Counted from the whole stretch's first letter, positions 28,389 through 39,198 are shown. The stretch: DNA of 63,247 nt, filler included, from 5 parts of 5 records of this genome joined end to end with filler, not necessarily neighbours in it, one strand, 5' to 3'. The notes: generated from the sequence alone by a model not told the origin. Program-made: numbers and translations.

Positions 28389-29909
28389 GTGGGTCTTGAC
28401 TATCTAAAACGCATATTGACCGCCAAGGTTTACGATGTCGCCATCGAAACTCCACTTGAGCGCGCACATTCCCTTTCCGTGCGCACCGGGAACCAGGTGT
28501 TGCTTAAACGCGAAGACATGCAAGAAGTGTTCAGTTTCAAGTTGAGGGGTGCTTACAACAAAATGGCACACCTTAGCCCGATTCAACTGGAGCGCGGCGT
28601 AATTGCAGCTTCGGCAGGCAACCATGCGCAAGGTGTGGCACTTTCTGCTGCAAAAATGCGCTGCCTGGCCACCATTGTGATGCCCACCACCACCCCCGCC
28701 CTGAAAATTGACGCAGTAAAACGCTTTGGCGGCGACTGGGTCAATGTTGTGTTGTTTGGCGAAAGCTACAGCGATGCAGCCGAGCATGCAGCGGAACTGG
28801 CGCAAGCCAAAAGCCTGACCTTTGTGCACCCCTTTGACGACCCCGATGTAATTGCTGGCCAAGGCACTGTGGGCATGGAAATTTTACGCCAGCACCAGGG
28901 ACCCATTCACGCAATTTTCATCGCGATTGGGGGCGGTGGCCTTGCGGCGGGCGTGGGTGCCTACGTGAAGCAGTTGCGCCCGGACATCAAGATTATCGGT
29001 GTGCAAACCGTGGATTCAGACGCAATGGCCCAAAGCCTGGAGCAAGGCAAGCGCGTGACACTTTCTGAAGTGGGTTTGTTCTCGGATGGTACGGCCGTGA
29101 AACTGGTGGGGGAAGAAACCTTCCGCCTGTGTGAAAAGTACGTGGACGGCGTGGTGCGTGTAACCACAGACGAGGCCTGTGCAGCGATCAAGGATGTGTT
29201 TCAGGACACCCGCAGCATTCTCGAACCAGCCGGTGCACTGGCCGTGGCGGGCCTGAAGCAGTACGCCGCGGAGATGGGCCTGCAAAACCAGACACTGGTG
29301 GCCATTTCGTGTGGAGCCAACATGAATTTCGATCGCCTGCGCTTTGTGGCTGAACGTGCCGAAGTGGGTGAGCAACGAGAAGCCGTGTTTGCCATTACCG
29401 TGCCGGAAGAACGCGGCAGCTTCCGAAAGTTTTGCGACTTGCTGGGCCCCACGAACGTGACCGAGTTTAATTACCGCATGTCCGATTCGGCCAAGGCCAA
29501 TATTTTTGTGGGCATTCAAATCGGCAACCGTGTACAGGCCGACGAATTGCAACAGCGATTCATCGAGTCAGGATTTGACGCACTGAACCTGACCGACGAT
29601 GAGATGGCCAAGCTGCACCTGCGCCACATGGTGGGCGGCAAATCGAACCTGGCTGAACACGAGCTGGTGTACCGCTTTGAATTTCCAGAGCGGCCGGGCG
29701 CGTTGACAAAATTCTTGACGGCACTGAACCCGGGCTGGAACATCAGCCTGTTTCACTACCGCAACCACGGTGCAGACTACGGCCGTATTTTGGTGGGCAT
29801 TCAGGTTCCACCATCGGACCACGGTGAATTCGACAAGTTTGTGAAGCAACTCGGCTACCCGGCGGTGAATGAAACCGAGAACCCGGCGTACAAACTGTTT
29901 TTGAAGTGA
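28389..29909 (+). CDS. ilvA: Threonine ammonia-lyase, biosynthetic
   Basis: KRED.Q.VFSFKLRGAYN, ASAGNHAQG, IAGQGT, and the regulatory domain FEFPERPGAL...FHYRNHG. Confidence 0.96.
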   Translation: MGLDYLKRILTAKVYDVAIETPLERAHSLSVRTGNQVLLKREDMQEVFSFKLRGAYNKMAHLSPIQLERGVIAASAGNHAQGVALSAAKMRCLATIVMPTTTPALKIDAVKRFGGDWVNVVLFGESYSDAAEHAAELAQAKSLTFVHPFDDPDVIAGQGTVGMEILRQHQGPIHAIFIAIGGGGLAAGVGAYVKQLRPDIKIIGVQTVDSDAMAQSLEQGKRVTLSEVGLFSDGTAVKLVGEETFRLCEKYVDGVVRVTTDEACAAIKDVFQDTRSILEPAGALAVAGLKQYAAEMGLQNQTLVAISCGANMNFDRLRFVAERAEVGEQREAVFAITVPEERGSFRKFCDLLGPTNVTEFNYRMSDSAKANIFVGIQIGNRVQADELQQRFIESGFDALNLTDDEMAKLHLRHMVGGKSNLAEHELVYRFEFPERPGALTKFLTALNPGWNISLFHYRNHGADYGRILVGIQVPPSDHGEFDKFVKQLGYPAVNETENPAYKLFLK

Positions 29910-29919
29910 TGGCAATTAT

Positions 29920-30055
29920 GTGTCGCAAAGCTTGAAGTCGCTTGGTGCAGGTTGAATGCCTGTACTTCGCGGCCTTGGCGGGAACTCCGCCTTGAATCGG
30001 CCACAAAGCATCAGGCACACAACCTTTCCGCGCACCTTAAGACTTTGCTTAGCAC
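29920..30055. repeat. Long imperfect palindrome between convergent ilvA and ttcA
   Basis: Nested complementary blocks GCAAAG/CTTTGC, AGGTTG/CAACCT, TGCCTG/CAGGCA, GGCC/GGCC and GGCGG/CCGCC. Confidence 0.65.
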
Positions 30056-30921
30056 TCGTCATCCGCATCAAACGCCTTGTCGCCCGCGCCGTCTTCAAGC
30101 GCTGCGCCGGGGCGAATGGTTTCAAACGGAAACAGCTTGCGGTCCATGAGGTGCGAAGGCACCACTGTGGACAAGGATGTGAACAGGTTGGCGATCCAGC
30201 GGGGATTGTGCGTTTCCCACTGCTTAAGCAAAGCTGCCATTTCCTTGCGCTTCAGGTTTTCCTGACTGCCACACAGGTTGCACGGAATAATCGGGAAGCT
30301 TTTTTCTTCAGCATAGCGGGCCAAATCACTTTCCCGACAGTAGGCAAGCGGGCGAATGACGGTGTGCTGGCCGTTGTCGCTGACCAGCTTGGGCGGCATG
30401 CCCTTCATGCGGCCGCCGTAAAACAAATTGAGCAGCAGGGTTTGCAAAATGTCGTCTTTGTGGTGACCCAAAGCCACCTTGGTTGCACCCAGTTCAGACG
30501 CCACACGGTACAAAATCCCGCGACGCAAACGCGAGCACAGCGAACAGGTGGTTTTGCCCTCGGGAATGACGCGCTTGACGATTGAATACGTGTCTTGCTC
30601 TTCGATGTGAAACGGCACGTTGATACTGCGCAGGTAATTGGGCAACACATCTTCGGGAAAGCCCGGCTGTTTTTGATCCAGGTTCACTGCAACGATGTCA
30701 AAGTTGATGGGCGCGCGCTGGCGCAACAGCAACAAAATATCGAGCAAACCATAGCTGTCTTTTCCGCCCGACACACACACCATGACCTTGTCACCGTCTT
30801 CAATCATGTTGAAGTCGGCAATGGCCTGGCCCACCAGTTTGGTCAAGCGTTTTTCAAGTTTGTTGAATTCAAACGCCTCTTTTTGCTCGGCCTTGTTGGG
30901 AAAAATGGTGATGGTTTGCAT
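30049..30921 (-). CDS. ttcA: tRNA 2-thiocytidine(32) synthetase
   Basis: PP-loop [16 protein letters not shown] and [11 protein letters not shown]. Confidence 0.95.
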   Translation of the reverse strand: MQTITIFPNKAEQKEAFEFNKLEKRLTKLVGQAIADFNMIEDGDKVMVCVSGGKDSYGLLDILLLLRQRAPINFDIVAVNLDQKQPGFPEDVLPNYLRSINVPFHIEEQDTYSIVKRVIPEGKTTCSLCSRLRRGILYRVASELGATKVALGHHKDDILQTLLLNLFYGGRMKGMPPKLVSDNGQHTVIRPLAYCRESDLARYAEEKSFPIIPCNLCGSQENLKRKEMAALLKQWETHNPRWIANLFTSLSTVVPSHLMDRKLFPFETIRPGAALEDGAGDKAFDADDEC

Positions 30922-30923
30922 GG

Positions 30924-31328
30924 TTAAACGCTCTGAGAAGATTTGAAGCGGAATACCTCCACACCGGCTGATTCACAGTCGGGGTATACCTCGGATTTTT
31001 CCGCACGCACACGGGCTGCCACCACTTTGGGGTGATCAAGCACCAAGGCCAGGGTTTTGTCGACCAACGTTTCCAGCAGACCGATGTGGCCAGCCTGAAT
31101 CAAGCCGTGAATGCCTGGGCGGACGAAATCGTAATCGACAACATCCACCAGCAAATCGCGCTCGGAAGGGGTCGATGCGCATTTCACCCAGAAATCAATG
31201 TTGATGCGCACAGCCTGTGTGCGCCCCAATTCCTGCGGGAATACGCCGATGGCGGCCGACACATCGAAGTCGCGAATGAATACGCGACGGCAGTCGGCAA
31301 GGCGAGGATCAAAAAACCAGTCTGTCAT
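30924..31328 (-). CDS. folB: Dihydroneopterin aldolase
   Basis: IGV...E....[14 protein letters not shown] and K..VYPDC...GVE; folB-ttcA synteny. Confidence 0.85.
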   Translation of the reverse strand: MTDWFFDPRLADCRRVFIRDFDVSAAIGVFPQELGRTQAVRINIDFWVKCASTPSERDLLVDVVDYDFVRPGIHGLIQAGHIGLLETLVDKTLALVLDHPKVVAARVRAEKSEVYPDCESAGVEVFRFKSSQSV

Positions 31329-32089
31329 GGTGTCATCATGCTGAAATCTCGCGCCATGGGCACCAAATGCTGCCCGCCATCCACAAGGATGGTGGTGCCA
31401 GTGATTGCGCGGTTTTGCACCAGGAACAGCACTGTGTTGGCGATGTCCTGGGGCTCGGAAGATTTGTTCAAAGGCGAAATTCGATGGGTACTTTCGAATT
31501 GCGCGTCGGTTTGCAAGTGCGAAATCAGTGTGAGGCCAGGGGCCACACCCACCACCCGCACTTTGGGGGCAAGCTCCATGGCCAGCATGGTGGTGGCGGT
31601 TTCAAGGCCGGCCTTGGTCAAGGTGTAGCTTAAAAAATCGGGATTCAGGTTTTTCAGTTTTTGATCCAGCAGGTTGACCACCACCGCCTGGTCGTTGTCG
31701 GGCACATGCTGAAACAGGCGTTTGGCCAATTGAATGGGCGCAGCCAGATTGGACGCCATGTGCCGGAGGAAAAGTTCGGGCTGGAAGGTTTCGCCAGAGT
31801 CAAATTCAAACAACGAGGCATTGTTGACCACGCAACGAATGGGACCCGCTTTTTCAGCGGCATCAAACAAGGCTTCCACTTCTTCGGGGCGTTCAAGATC
31901 AGCCTGCACCACCACGCACTGCACGCCAAAGGCTTCGATTAGTGCCGCCGTGTCGCGCGCCTCTACCAGCGAGCTTCGGCAATGCAACACGATTGACCAA
32001 CCGGCGCGAGCCAGTTCCAGCGCAATGGCTTTGCCCAGTCGCTTTGCGCCCCCGGTTACCAGGGCAAATTGTGGTTTTGCATGCGTCAT
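31325..32089 (-). CDS. SDR oxidoreductase (pteridine reductase/FolM-like)
   Basis: TGGAKRLG, VNNASLF, YTLTK catalytic motif and VDGGQHL. Confidence 0.88.
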   Translation of the reverse strand: MTHAKPQFALVTGGAKRLGKAIALELARAGWSIVLHCRSSLVEARDTAALIEAFGVQCVVVQADLERPEEVEALFDAAEKAGPIRCVVNNASLFEFDSGETFQPELFLRHMASNLAAPIQLAKRLFQHVPDNDQAVVVNLLDQKLKNLNPDFLSYTLTKAGLETATTMLAMELAPKVRVVGVAPGLTLISHLQTDAQFESTHRISPLNKSSEPQDIANTVLFLVQNRAITGTTILVDGGQHLVPMARDFSMMTP

Positions 32090-32182
32090 CGGTTAGAATT
32101 CGAGGCTGTCAGCCGACATTAATACCAGTCAAGGCTTTGATTTTTAAAAGAAGAACCCGTTATTCTAAACCAGACCCGCCAC

Positions 32183-33280
32183 ATGCTGTCGACTTTTAAC
32201 AAACCTGTTCGCTTTGACGAATTCATGCAGTTCGCGCTGTACCACCCCCAGCACGGCTATTACGCACGCGGCGAGCGAATTTTTGGCAGCGAAGGCGATT
32301 TTGTAACCGCCCCGGAATTAAGCCCACTGTTTGGTCAAACGATCGGCATCGCCCTGCGTGAAGTGCTGAAGCGTTGTGGCGGAGTGATTTATGAGTTTGG
32401 TGCAGGAACGGGGCAGCTGGCTTGTGACGTGTTGCGCACTGCGGGCGACCTGATTTCGCAGTACAACATTGTGGATGTGTCGGGCGGCTTGAAGACTGTT
32501 CAGCTTGCACGGTTGCTTGCCCAACACGGCCCTGATGTTGAACACAAGGTGCGCTGGTTAAGCACCTTGCCCGACGAGCTACACGGCGTGGTGCTGGGCA
32601 ACGAAGTGCTGGACGCCACACCCGTGCGCCGTTTCAAGTGGCACAGCAGTGGTCCGCTTGAAGCATGGGTACAACGCCAGAATGACGAGCTTCAGTGGGC
32701 ATGGAAACCCGCTGATCCGCTTTTTGCCACCCTCATCCAGAAACTGCATGCAACGCATGGGCCTTGGTCTGAAGGTTATGAATCGGAGATTACCGAGCAA
32801 AGCAATGCCTGGGTAAGCACAATCACCGAAAGATTAAACGGCGTGGCCCTGATGATCGATTATGGTTACCACGCTGCACAGTATTACCACCCCAGCCGCA
32901 CCCATGGTACCTTGCGCGCCACCAGCCGCCACACCGCACATGATGATTTTCTGGTGAAGGTGGGCGAGCAGGATCTGACCGCACATGTGAATTTCAGCGC
33001 GGTGTTCTCGGCATTAAGCAGCGAAGGGGGCGAACTGGAAGGGTATTCCCATCAAGGGGAATTTCTGCTGGCGCATGGCATTCTGGACATTGCCCAACAA
33101 CAGCCCGATTTTACGCACCCGGTGCGCGGCGCGCTGATGCGCCAGAACTTGAACACACTGTTGAATGAAGCTGACATGGGCGAGGCATTCAAGGTGATTT
33201 GCTGGAGCAAAGGCATTGATGCAGAAGGCACTGCATTGAGCCGGGCGTTTTTGAGCAATGACCGAAGCGGTGATCTTTAG
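32183..33280 (+). CDS. SAM-dependent methyltransferase, MidA/NDUFAF7 family
   Basis: FMQFALY.P..GYY, GDFVTAPELSPLFG, EFGAGTG, NEVLDA and QDLTAHVNF. Confidence 0.9.
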   Translation: MLSTFNKPVRFDEFMQFALYHPQHGYYARGERIFGSEGDFVTAPELSPLFGQTIGIALREVLKRCGGVIYEFGAGTGQLACDVLRTAGDLISQYNIVDVSGGLKTVQLARLLAQHGPDVEHKVRWLSTLPDELHGVVLGNEVLDATPVRRFKWHSSGPLEAWVQRQNDELQWAWKPADPLFATLIQKLHATHGPWSEGYESEITEQSNAWVSTITERLNGVALMIDYGYHAAQYYHPSRTHGTLRATSRHTAHDDFLVKVGEQDLTAHVNFSAVFSALSSEGGELEGYSHQGEFLLAHGILDIAQQQPDFTHPVRGALMRQNLNTLLNEADMGEAFKVICWSKGIDAEGTALSRAFLSNDRSGDL

Positions 33281-33286
33281 TAGCCA

Positions 33287-34006
33287 CTAAGAATCACACG
33301 GTTTCAGTTCGCCTTTGCGGTTCAGCTTGAAAATAGGCTCCACTGCCTCGATTTGGGCAGGCGTGCCCCGCAATTCAAAAAACACCCGGGCAGGCCCAAG
33401 CCGCTCCCGAATTTGCACACCGGCAACGCCGCGCTTGCCAAGGTCCTCTTTTTGAACAGTTGCACGGTCTAGATCCCGAAACAGGCCCAAGGAAATAGTG
33501 CCCTGCAAAGGACCTGGCGTTGTGATGTAAAACATGTCCGTGATGCCCTTGCCTGACAACTGATCAATACCAACCCCGCTGTTGACAATGTCTTGCGGCA
33601 AATACACCACGTAGCCCACGGGCACCTGCCTTTCAAGGCGCTCGAAACTACCATTCCAATCGCTCAAAGACTCTTGAACTCGGGCCGATTCGCTTTGCAG
33701 CAAAGGCCCCCACATACGACATTGCTGATTTTTTTTCGGGTCGTCCAGCACTTGCTTGCTGGCGTTTTCAATCGCAGAATCCAGGTTCGCCTGCCCTTCC
33801 TTCAAATTTATTTTAGGAGCCGGGGGCTGCGGCGACAAAACAACGTCCACGGCCTGCGCCCATGGCCGCTCCACCCTGACCCATTCCGCGCGCAAACCCG
33901 GCGCATCAATGGCACGTGTTGTACTTCCAACGCCCAAAAGGCCCCAGACCAGAAAGCCCAGATTGACCGCAACAACAAGCCCCAGCAGGGCACGCCAACC
34001 ATTCAT
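33287..34006 (-). CDS. SPOR-like membrane-anchored protein
   Basis: N-terminal TM segment, C..WGP and ISLGLF; conserved position after coaX in Betaproteobacteria. Confidence 0.65.
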   Translation of the reverse strand: MNGWRALLGLVVAVNLGFLVWGLLGVGSTTRAIDAPGLRAEWVRVERPWAQAVDVVLSPQPPAPKINLKEGQANLDSAIENASKQVLDDPKKNQQCRMWGPLLQSESARVQESLSDWNGSFERLERQVPVGYVVYLPQDIVNSGVGIDQLSGKGITDMFYITTPGPLQGTISLGLFRDLDRATVQKEDLGKRGVAGVQIRERLGPARVFFELRGTPAQIEAVEPIFKLNRKGELKPCDS

Positions 34007-34782
34007 GCCGCCCCCCTGTGTTGCAGCTGATAATCAAAAACAAGCCCTTTGAACACTGCATGCTCAAGCAACTGCGCAACCGGGTAAAGACTTTGCATTT
34101 GCGCGGCAAACCCACCACTGAACCACACCACTGGCAGTTGCCCGTGTGTGCCATTCAATTCATTCACCAGCGATTGAACCCAGGCAATTTGCATACGCCC
34201 AACCCCCGCGCCAATGGCCTGCTGCGTGTTTCTAGGCCATCCGAAGTTGCCCACTGCCAGCGAATTAAAATCCACATTCGGAAGTTCAGCCGTGTTGTTG
34301 TGCAAACTGGTCAACATGGTTTGCACGCCCGGCACAATAAATCCACCCAAATGGTGCCATGCACCTTCTTTCCGGACAAGCGCATCCAGCGTGGTGGCTG
34401 TGCCAAAGCTGACCACAAGGTTTAGGGGTGCATGGCTAGCCTGCGCCACGGCAAGGCACGCGGCCCAGCGGTCTTTCCCCAACAAGGCTGGTTTGTCATA
34501 GGCAGACTGAAGGTGCGAATTCGCATTCACTTTCAGAACATGCAATTCAATTTTCCAGACACTGCATTGCTGGCGAAGCGATTCCTCAAATTCCGGACCC
34601 AATACATTGCTCAACAACACCGCATCAACCTGGCCTGGCAAGTCATCGAGCCTGAATTCGGCCGTGGGTTTGCTCCACTGTTGCACAACCGTCAACAGTG
34701 GAAGGCTGGCGCTGCTGTGCACACACCATTTGACCAGCGTGTTGCCCGCATCAATGCACAACAGGGCGCGGGGCTTAATCAT
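34003..34782 (-). CDS. coaX: Type III pantothenate kinase
   Basis: IDAGNT..KW, LGKDRW, GTATTLD and GGFIVPG. Confidence 0.9.
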   Translation of the reverse strand: MIKPRALLCIDAGNTLVKWCVHSSASLPLLTVVQQWSKPTAEFRLDDLPGQVDAVLLSNVLGPEFEESLRQQCSVWKIELHVLKVNANSHLQSAYDKPALLGKDRWAACLAVAQASHAPLNLVVSFGTATTLDALVRKEGAWHHLGGFIVPGVQTMLTSLHNNTAELPNVDFNSLAVGNFGWPRNTQQAIGAGVGRMQIAWVQSLVNELNGTHGQLPVVWFSGGFAAQMQSLYPVAQLLEHAVFKGLVFDYQLQHRGAA

Positions 34783-34870
34783 GCCTGCACCCGCAAAGAA
34801 AGATCGCCCGCATTCAAAGCCACCAGCCCCTGTTCATCCGTGTTAATCAAATAAGCGCCCTGTTCATTGA
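34779..34870 (-). CDS. birA: Biotin-protein ligase BirA, C-terminal fragment (contig end)
   Basis: ...NEQGAYLINTDEQGLVALNAGDLSLRVQA*, with an ATGA overlap with coaX (birA-coaX synteny). Confidence 0.75.
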
Positions 34871-34970
34871 NNNNNNNNNNNNNNNNNNNNNNNNNNNNNN
34901 NNNNNNNNNNNNNNTTAATTAATTAANNNNNNNNNNNNNNNNNNNNNNNNNNNNNNNNNNNNNNNNNNNN
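34871..34970. other. Artificial contig spacer
   Basis: 44 N + TTAATTAATTAA + 44 N. Confidence 0.98.
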
Positions 34971-36017
34971 GGCCACCACCGTGCCACCAGGGCACATGCA
35001 AAAGCTGTACACCGAACGGCCATTGGCGGCGTGGTGTACCAGTTTGTAATCGGCAGCGCCCAGCAAGGGGTGGCCTGCATGTTGGCCCAGGCGCGCGCGG
35101 TCGATCAAACCTTGTGGGTGTTCAATGCGAAAGCCCACGGAAAATGGCTTGGCTTCCATGTAAACGCCGCGTTCGTGCAGCTGGGCAAAGGTGTCGCGTG
35201 AACTGTGGCCCAGCGCAAGCACTACATGATCTGCGCGCAGTTCGTAGTAGCTGCCATCTTGAAAGTTTTCAATCGTTAGGCCGCGGATGTGGCCGTTTTC
35301 AATATGAAAGTCGCTAACCCTTTGCTGAAAGCGAATTTCACCACCCATGGCGATAATTTGTTCGCGCATGTTTTCCACTACCTTCACCAGGCGGAAGGTG
35401 CCAATGTGTGGCTTGCTGACCAGCAAAATTTCTTCGGGTGCGCCAGCCTTTACGAATTCGGTCATGACCTTGCGGCCCAGAAAGCGCGGGTCTTTGATTT
35501 GGCTCCACAGTTTTCCGTCTGAAAACGTGCCCGCACCGCCTTCGCCAAACTGCACATTCGATTCTGCGTGCAGCACGCGTTTGCGCCAAAGGCCCCAGGT
35601 GTCTTTCGTGCGCTCGCGCACCGGCTTGCCGCGTTCAATCACAATTGGTTTGAAGCCCATTTGCGCCAGCATCATGGCGGCAAAAATTCCGCAGGGGCCA
35701 AAGCCTATGACCACGGGGCGAATGGCGGGTGCTTCGCTAACCTTGGCCACCAAACGGTAGGCCATGTCGGGTGCCGGGCGAATGTGCGAATTGGTGGTGA
35801 ATTTAGCCAGTAGCCGTGCTTCTAGCTGGGCGCTGTGCAATTCCACGTCCACGATGTACACCAGCAGAAGCTTTTGTTTGCGGGCATCGTAGCTGCGCTT
35901 GTAAATGGAAAAACTTTTCAGTTCTTCAGGCGAAATTTTAAGCGTGCTGTGAATTAACGCGGGTAGGGCGTGTTCAGGGTGGTCAAGTGGGAGCTTTAGC
36001 TCAGCGAGGCGGATCAT
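34971..36017 (-). CDS. FAD-dependent oxidoreductase (COG2509-like), truncated at contig end
   Basis: GFGPCG, FGEGGAGTFSDGKL, PHIGT, GHSSRDT and FCMCPGG. Confidence 0.88.
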
Positions 36018-36106
36018 GGCGGGTGTACCTTGTGGATCTGTTTTTCGGATCAAGGGCGTATTTTATGCCGTTGCCCGATAAAGTGCACTGGTTTGCCGGG
36101 CTTTTT

Positions 36107-37621
36107 TTATTTCAAACCTTTGGAATGGTCAACCCAGATCAACGCCATTCGGGCGGCAATTTTTTTGCCGTGTGAATGTGCAATTTCTTCAATCGACAAG
36201 GCGGGCCGAATGGTGCGCGCTTGTACCAAGGCTTGCTGGGCCAATTCAGTTTTGCCCAGTTTGTCGAGCGCGGCGGCTTGCGCCACATGGCCCAGGTGAA
36301 ACCTGGTGTCGTGTTGTATGGCATTCCGTGCTTCTTCCAATGCCTCTTCTGGCCGTTCTGCGCGAAGCAGAAAGCAGCTGAGTATCCACAACCAGAAGCC
36401 CTGTCGCCTGTCTTTCGGGCTAATGCGCATGCCTAGCCGCATTTGTGCAATGCCGTTGTCTGCTTCGTTCATCATCACAAGCGCTGCGCCATGTGCCACT
36501 TGTGCCTGCGCATTGCTGGGGTTCAAGCGCAAAGCTGCCTGCAATGTCACCATGCCTTGCTGCGTTTGCCCAAGATCGCAAAGCGCACAGCCGGCATAAC
36601 CCATTACTTCGGAATTGCCCGGGTCTAGTTCAATGGCTTTGTTTGCGGCTTGCAGGGCGTTGGTCTGGGTTTCGTCGGAATGGGGCAACAAACCAATGTT
36701 GCGCGACAAGGCGGTTAACAGGGCAAGGTGTGCCTGGGCCAAGCCGAATTGCGGATCTATTTCGATGCTGTTGTCGAGTTGATGCCGTGCGTTGCGCAGG
36801 CCAGCCTCGCCCCAGCCGTGTTGGGCCAAGGCGCCCATGGCTTCGTGGTAGTGCGCCCATGCGTTTGGGTTGCTGGGGCGTTGCCTTCGAATGTGTGCAA
36901 TCTCGGCTTTAATCAGTTCAGGTTCAAGTTCACTGAGTACACCGCGAGCAATGTCTTCCTGAAGATCATGGCTTTGGTGGGGTGCGCGTTCAAAACGGCC
37001 ACTCCACAACACCTGGCCGGTGTAAGCATTGGCAAGTTGTACGTTCACACGAACCAGGTTGCCTATGTGTCGAAGGCTGCCAAGAACTGCGTATTGCACT
37101 TGAAGCTGTTCGGCAATTTGAGGCAAACCAAGATTGGTGTTTTCATACACCTGTGTGCTTGCCTGCGAAATAACCAGAAAGCCAGGCATGCGAGCCAGCA
37201 GCGCAATGACATCTTCAAGCAATCCGTCAGCCAGAAAACGCAAATCTGATTGTTCGCCCAAAACCTTGAAAGGCATGACGGCAATGGTGGAATGTTTTTT
37301 TTCCAGCGTTGCTGGTGCGGTGGTGTGGGTTACTGGCAGGCTGAACTGGTAACCACGACCGGTCAATGTAGTAATGGCGTGGCTGCCCAGAATTTTGCGA
37401 AGGGCCGATGTTTGTACCGTCAAGTTGTTTTCTTCAACCACCATGCCCGGCCACACGGTTTGCAGAATTTGGTCTTTGCTCAGCACGCTTTGATGATTGC
37501 TGACCAGGCACATCAAAAAATCAAATGTGCGCGGCCCCAGGTGCACGGCGTCGCCATTGCGCAATAAAAGCCGTTCGCCTGCGCGCAGTTCAAAGTGGTC
37601 GAAAAAATAAGAAAGGTTCAA
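36107..37621 (-). CDS. Transcriptional regulator: OmpR/ToxR-type winged helix, TolB-like domain and TPR repeats
   Basis: N-terminal VWPG.VVEENNL.VQ.S.LRK.LG...I.T..GRGYQF, then IAVMPF...LADGL.ED, then TPR repeats (A...DP). TTG start. Confidence 0.85.
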   Translation of the reverse strand: MNLSYFFDHFELRAGERLLLRNGDAVHLGPRTFDFLMCLVSNHQSVLSKDQILQTVWPGMVVEENNLTVQTSALRKILGSHAITTLTGRGYQFSLPVTHTTAPATLEKKHSTIAVMPFKVLGEQSDLRFLADGLLEDVIALLARMPGFLVISQASTQVYENTNLGLPQIAEQLQVQYAVLGSLRHIGNLVRVNVQLANAYTGQVLWSGRFERAPHQSHDLQEDIARGVLSELEPELIKAEIAHIRRQRPSNPNAWAHYHEAMGALAQHGWGEAGLRNARHQLDNSIEIDPQFGLAQAHLALLTALSRNIGLLPHSDETQTNALQAANKAIELDPGNSEVMGYAGCALCDLGQTQQGMVTLQAALRLNPSNAQAQVAHGAALVMMNEADNGIAQMRLGMRISPKDRRQGFWLWILSCFLLRAERPEEALEEARNAIQHDTRFHLGHVAQAAALDKLGKTELAQQALVQARTIRPALSIEEIAHSHGKKIAARMALIWVDHSKGLK

Positions 37622-37748
37622 TCACGGTTCCTGCGGTGGGGTATTAGTAAAATATAGCAAACATTTAGGAATCCCTAGGGACTAAAAACAGCGCGATGCA
37701 GCACAGTAGCCAATGATTTGTAATTGCTGAACCCCACTGGAGATTGCC

Positions 37749-38276
37749 ATGACCGTTTCTGTACCCAATGCCCAACGTAGCGTTCGTGCGCTTTACAAAG
37801 AAGACCCCAGTGCAGCAATGGTGACAGATCATGCTTTGGCTTGCGGGGCTGATCCCTCTGATCCGTTTCATTCTGTGGTTGAACCCATGGATGGTTGTGG
37901 TGTGCAAGTACCCATCGGTGTGCACCGTGCCCTTGGCGGGCTGCATGATGCCCCCACACCTGGCGACATGTTGTGTGCCGCCCTTGCTGCCTGCCAGGAT
38001 TCGGCCATGCGTATGGTAGCCAACGTAATGGGCATTGAGCTTGTTTTTCTGGAAGTGCGCGTGACTGCCGATGTGGACGTGCGTGGTGCCTTGAACATGT
38101 CGCCCGAAGTGCCGGTTGGTTTTCAAAGCATGCGTTGCGATGTTCAGTTCAAGGTGAAAGAGGGTACACCCGCTGACATGATCAAGGCCTTGACCTTTGC
38201 TGCCAAGCGTTGCTGTGTGGTGCAGCAAACCTTGAAAAGTCCACCCAAAGTTGAAACCAGTTTTCAGCTGAACTAA
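37749..38276 (+). CDS. OsmC/Ohr-family protein
   Basis: GG.HDAPTPGDMLCAALAAC and C-terminal RCCVVQQTL. Confidence 0.85.
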   Translation: MTVSVPNAQRSVRALYKEDPSAAMVTDHALACGADPSDPFHSVVEPMDGCGVQVPIGVHRALGGLHDAPTPGDMLCAALAACQDSAMRMVANVMGIELVFLEVRVTADVDVRGALNMSPEVPVGFQSMRCDVQFKVKEGTPADMIKALTFAAKRCCVVQQTLKSPPKVETSFQLN

Positions 38277-38310
38277 ACTTGACGGGCACCAACCCAATTC
38301 AAGGATCGCC

Positions 38311-39111
38311 ATGACCTCTGTTCAACCCCACGTGAAAGAGGCCGGTGCGGGATCCGCCGTGCTTTGTTTGCATGCCAATGCATCCCATTGTGGGCAGTGG
38401 AAGGGTTTGATGGGTTTGCTGGCTCCTAACTTCAGGGTGTTGGCAGTGGATTCTTATGGGGCTGGTCAAACGCCGGATTGGCATTCAGACCGAACTATCG
38501 CTTTGCAAGATGAAGTTGATTTGCTTGCCCCGGTGCTTGATAAGGCCGGTGAACAATTCACCTTGGTTGGGCATTCTTACGGGGGCGCTATTGCCCTGAA
38601 AGTTGCTTTGCTGTTTCCCCACCGAGTCAAAGCGCTGGCCTTGTTCGAACCCACTTTCTTTTCTGTGGTTGAACATGAAAGCCCAACACCCAATGATGTG
38701 GATGGCATTCGCCACGCAGTGGCATCCGCAGGCTTGGCGTTGGACAATGGCGATTCGCATTTGGCGGCGCAGCGTTTCATCGACTTCTGGATGGGGCAGG
38801 GAAGTTGGGCGAAAACCCCTGAAGAACGCAAACCGATTATGGCCGCTTCAGTTCGCAATGTGCGGCGTTGGGGGCATGCCTTGTTCAGCGAGCCCACCGC
38901 GCTTGACGCATTCAGGCAATTGAATGTTCCGGTGCTGTACATGGTGGGTAAAAAGTCGCAATTCTCGGCCCACGCGGTGGCGAAACGATTGGTGGCTGTA
39001 TTGCCGAATGTTGAGTTACTCGAGTTTCAGCAGATGGGCCACATGGGGCCGGTGACCCATCCCGATGCTGTGAACGAGGCGATTTCAGTTTTTCTGAGGA
39101 AGCCCTGTTAG
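38311..39111 (+). CDS. Alpha/beta-fold hydrolase
   Basis: Nucleophile elbow GHSYGG and catalytic His in GHMGP. Confidence 0.88.
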   Translation: MTSVQPHVKEAGAGSAVLCLHANASHCGQWKGLMGLLAPNFRVLAVDSYGAGQTPDWHSDRTIALQDEVDLLAPVLDKAGEQFTLVGHSYGGAIALKVALLFPHRVKALALFEPTFFSVVEHESPTPNDVDGIRHAVASAGLALDNGDSHLAAQRFIDFWMGQGSWAKTPEERKPIMAASVRNVRRWGHALFSEPTALDAFRQLNVPVLYMVGKKSQFSAHAVAKRLVAVLPNVELLEFQQMGHMGPVTHPDAVNEAISVFLRKPC

Positions 39112-39198
39112 TTCATGTGCAATGGGCAGATATTTTCTGAGAATATTTACCATTGCTTGTGCATCAGCCTTTGATACTGGCTCAATTGGTCGAGGCAT
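39085..39198 (-). pseudogene. 37-codon ORF, probable internally deleted partner (HEPN-type toxin remnant) of the MNT gene
   Basis: MPRPIEPVSKADAQAMVNILRKYLPIAHELTGLPQKN*; its start overlaps the MNT gene end by 17 nt. The HEPN identity is inferred from context only. Confidence 0.45.
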
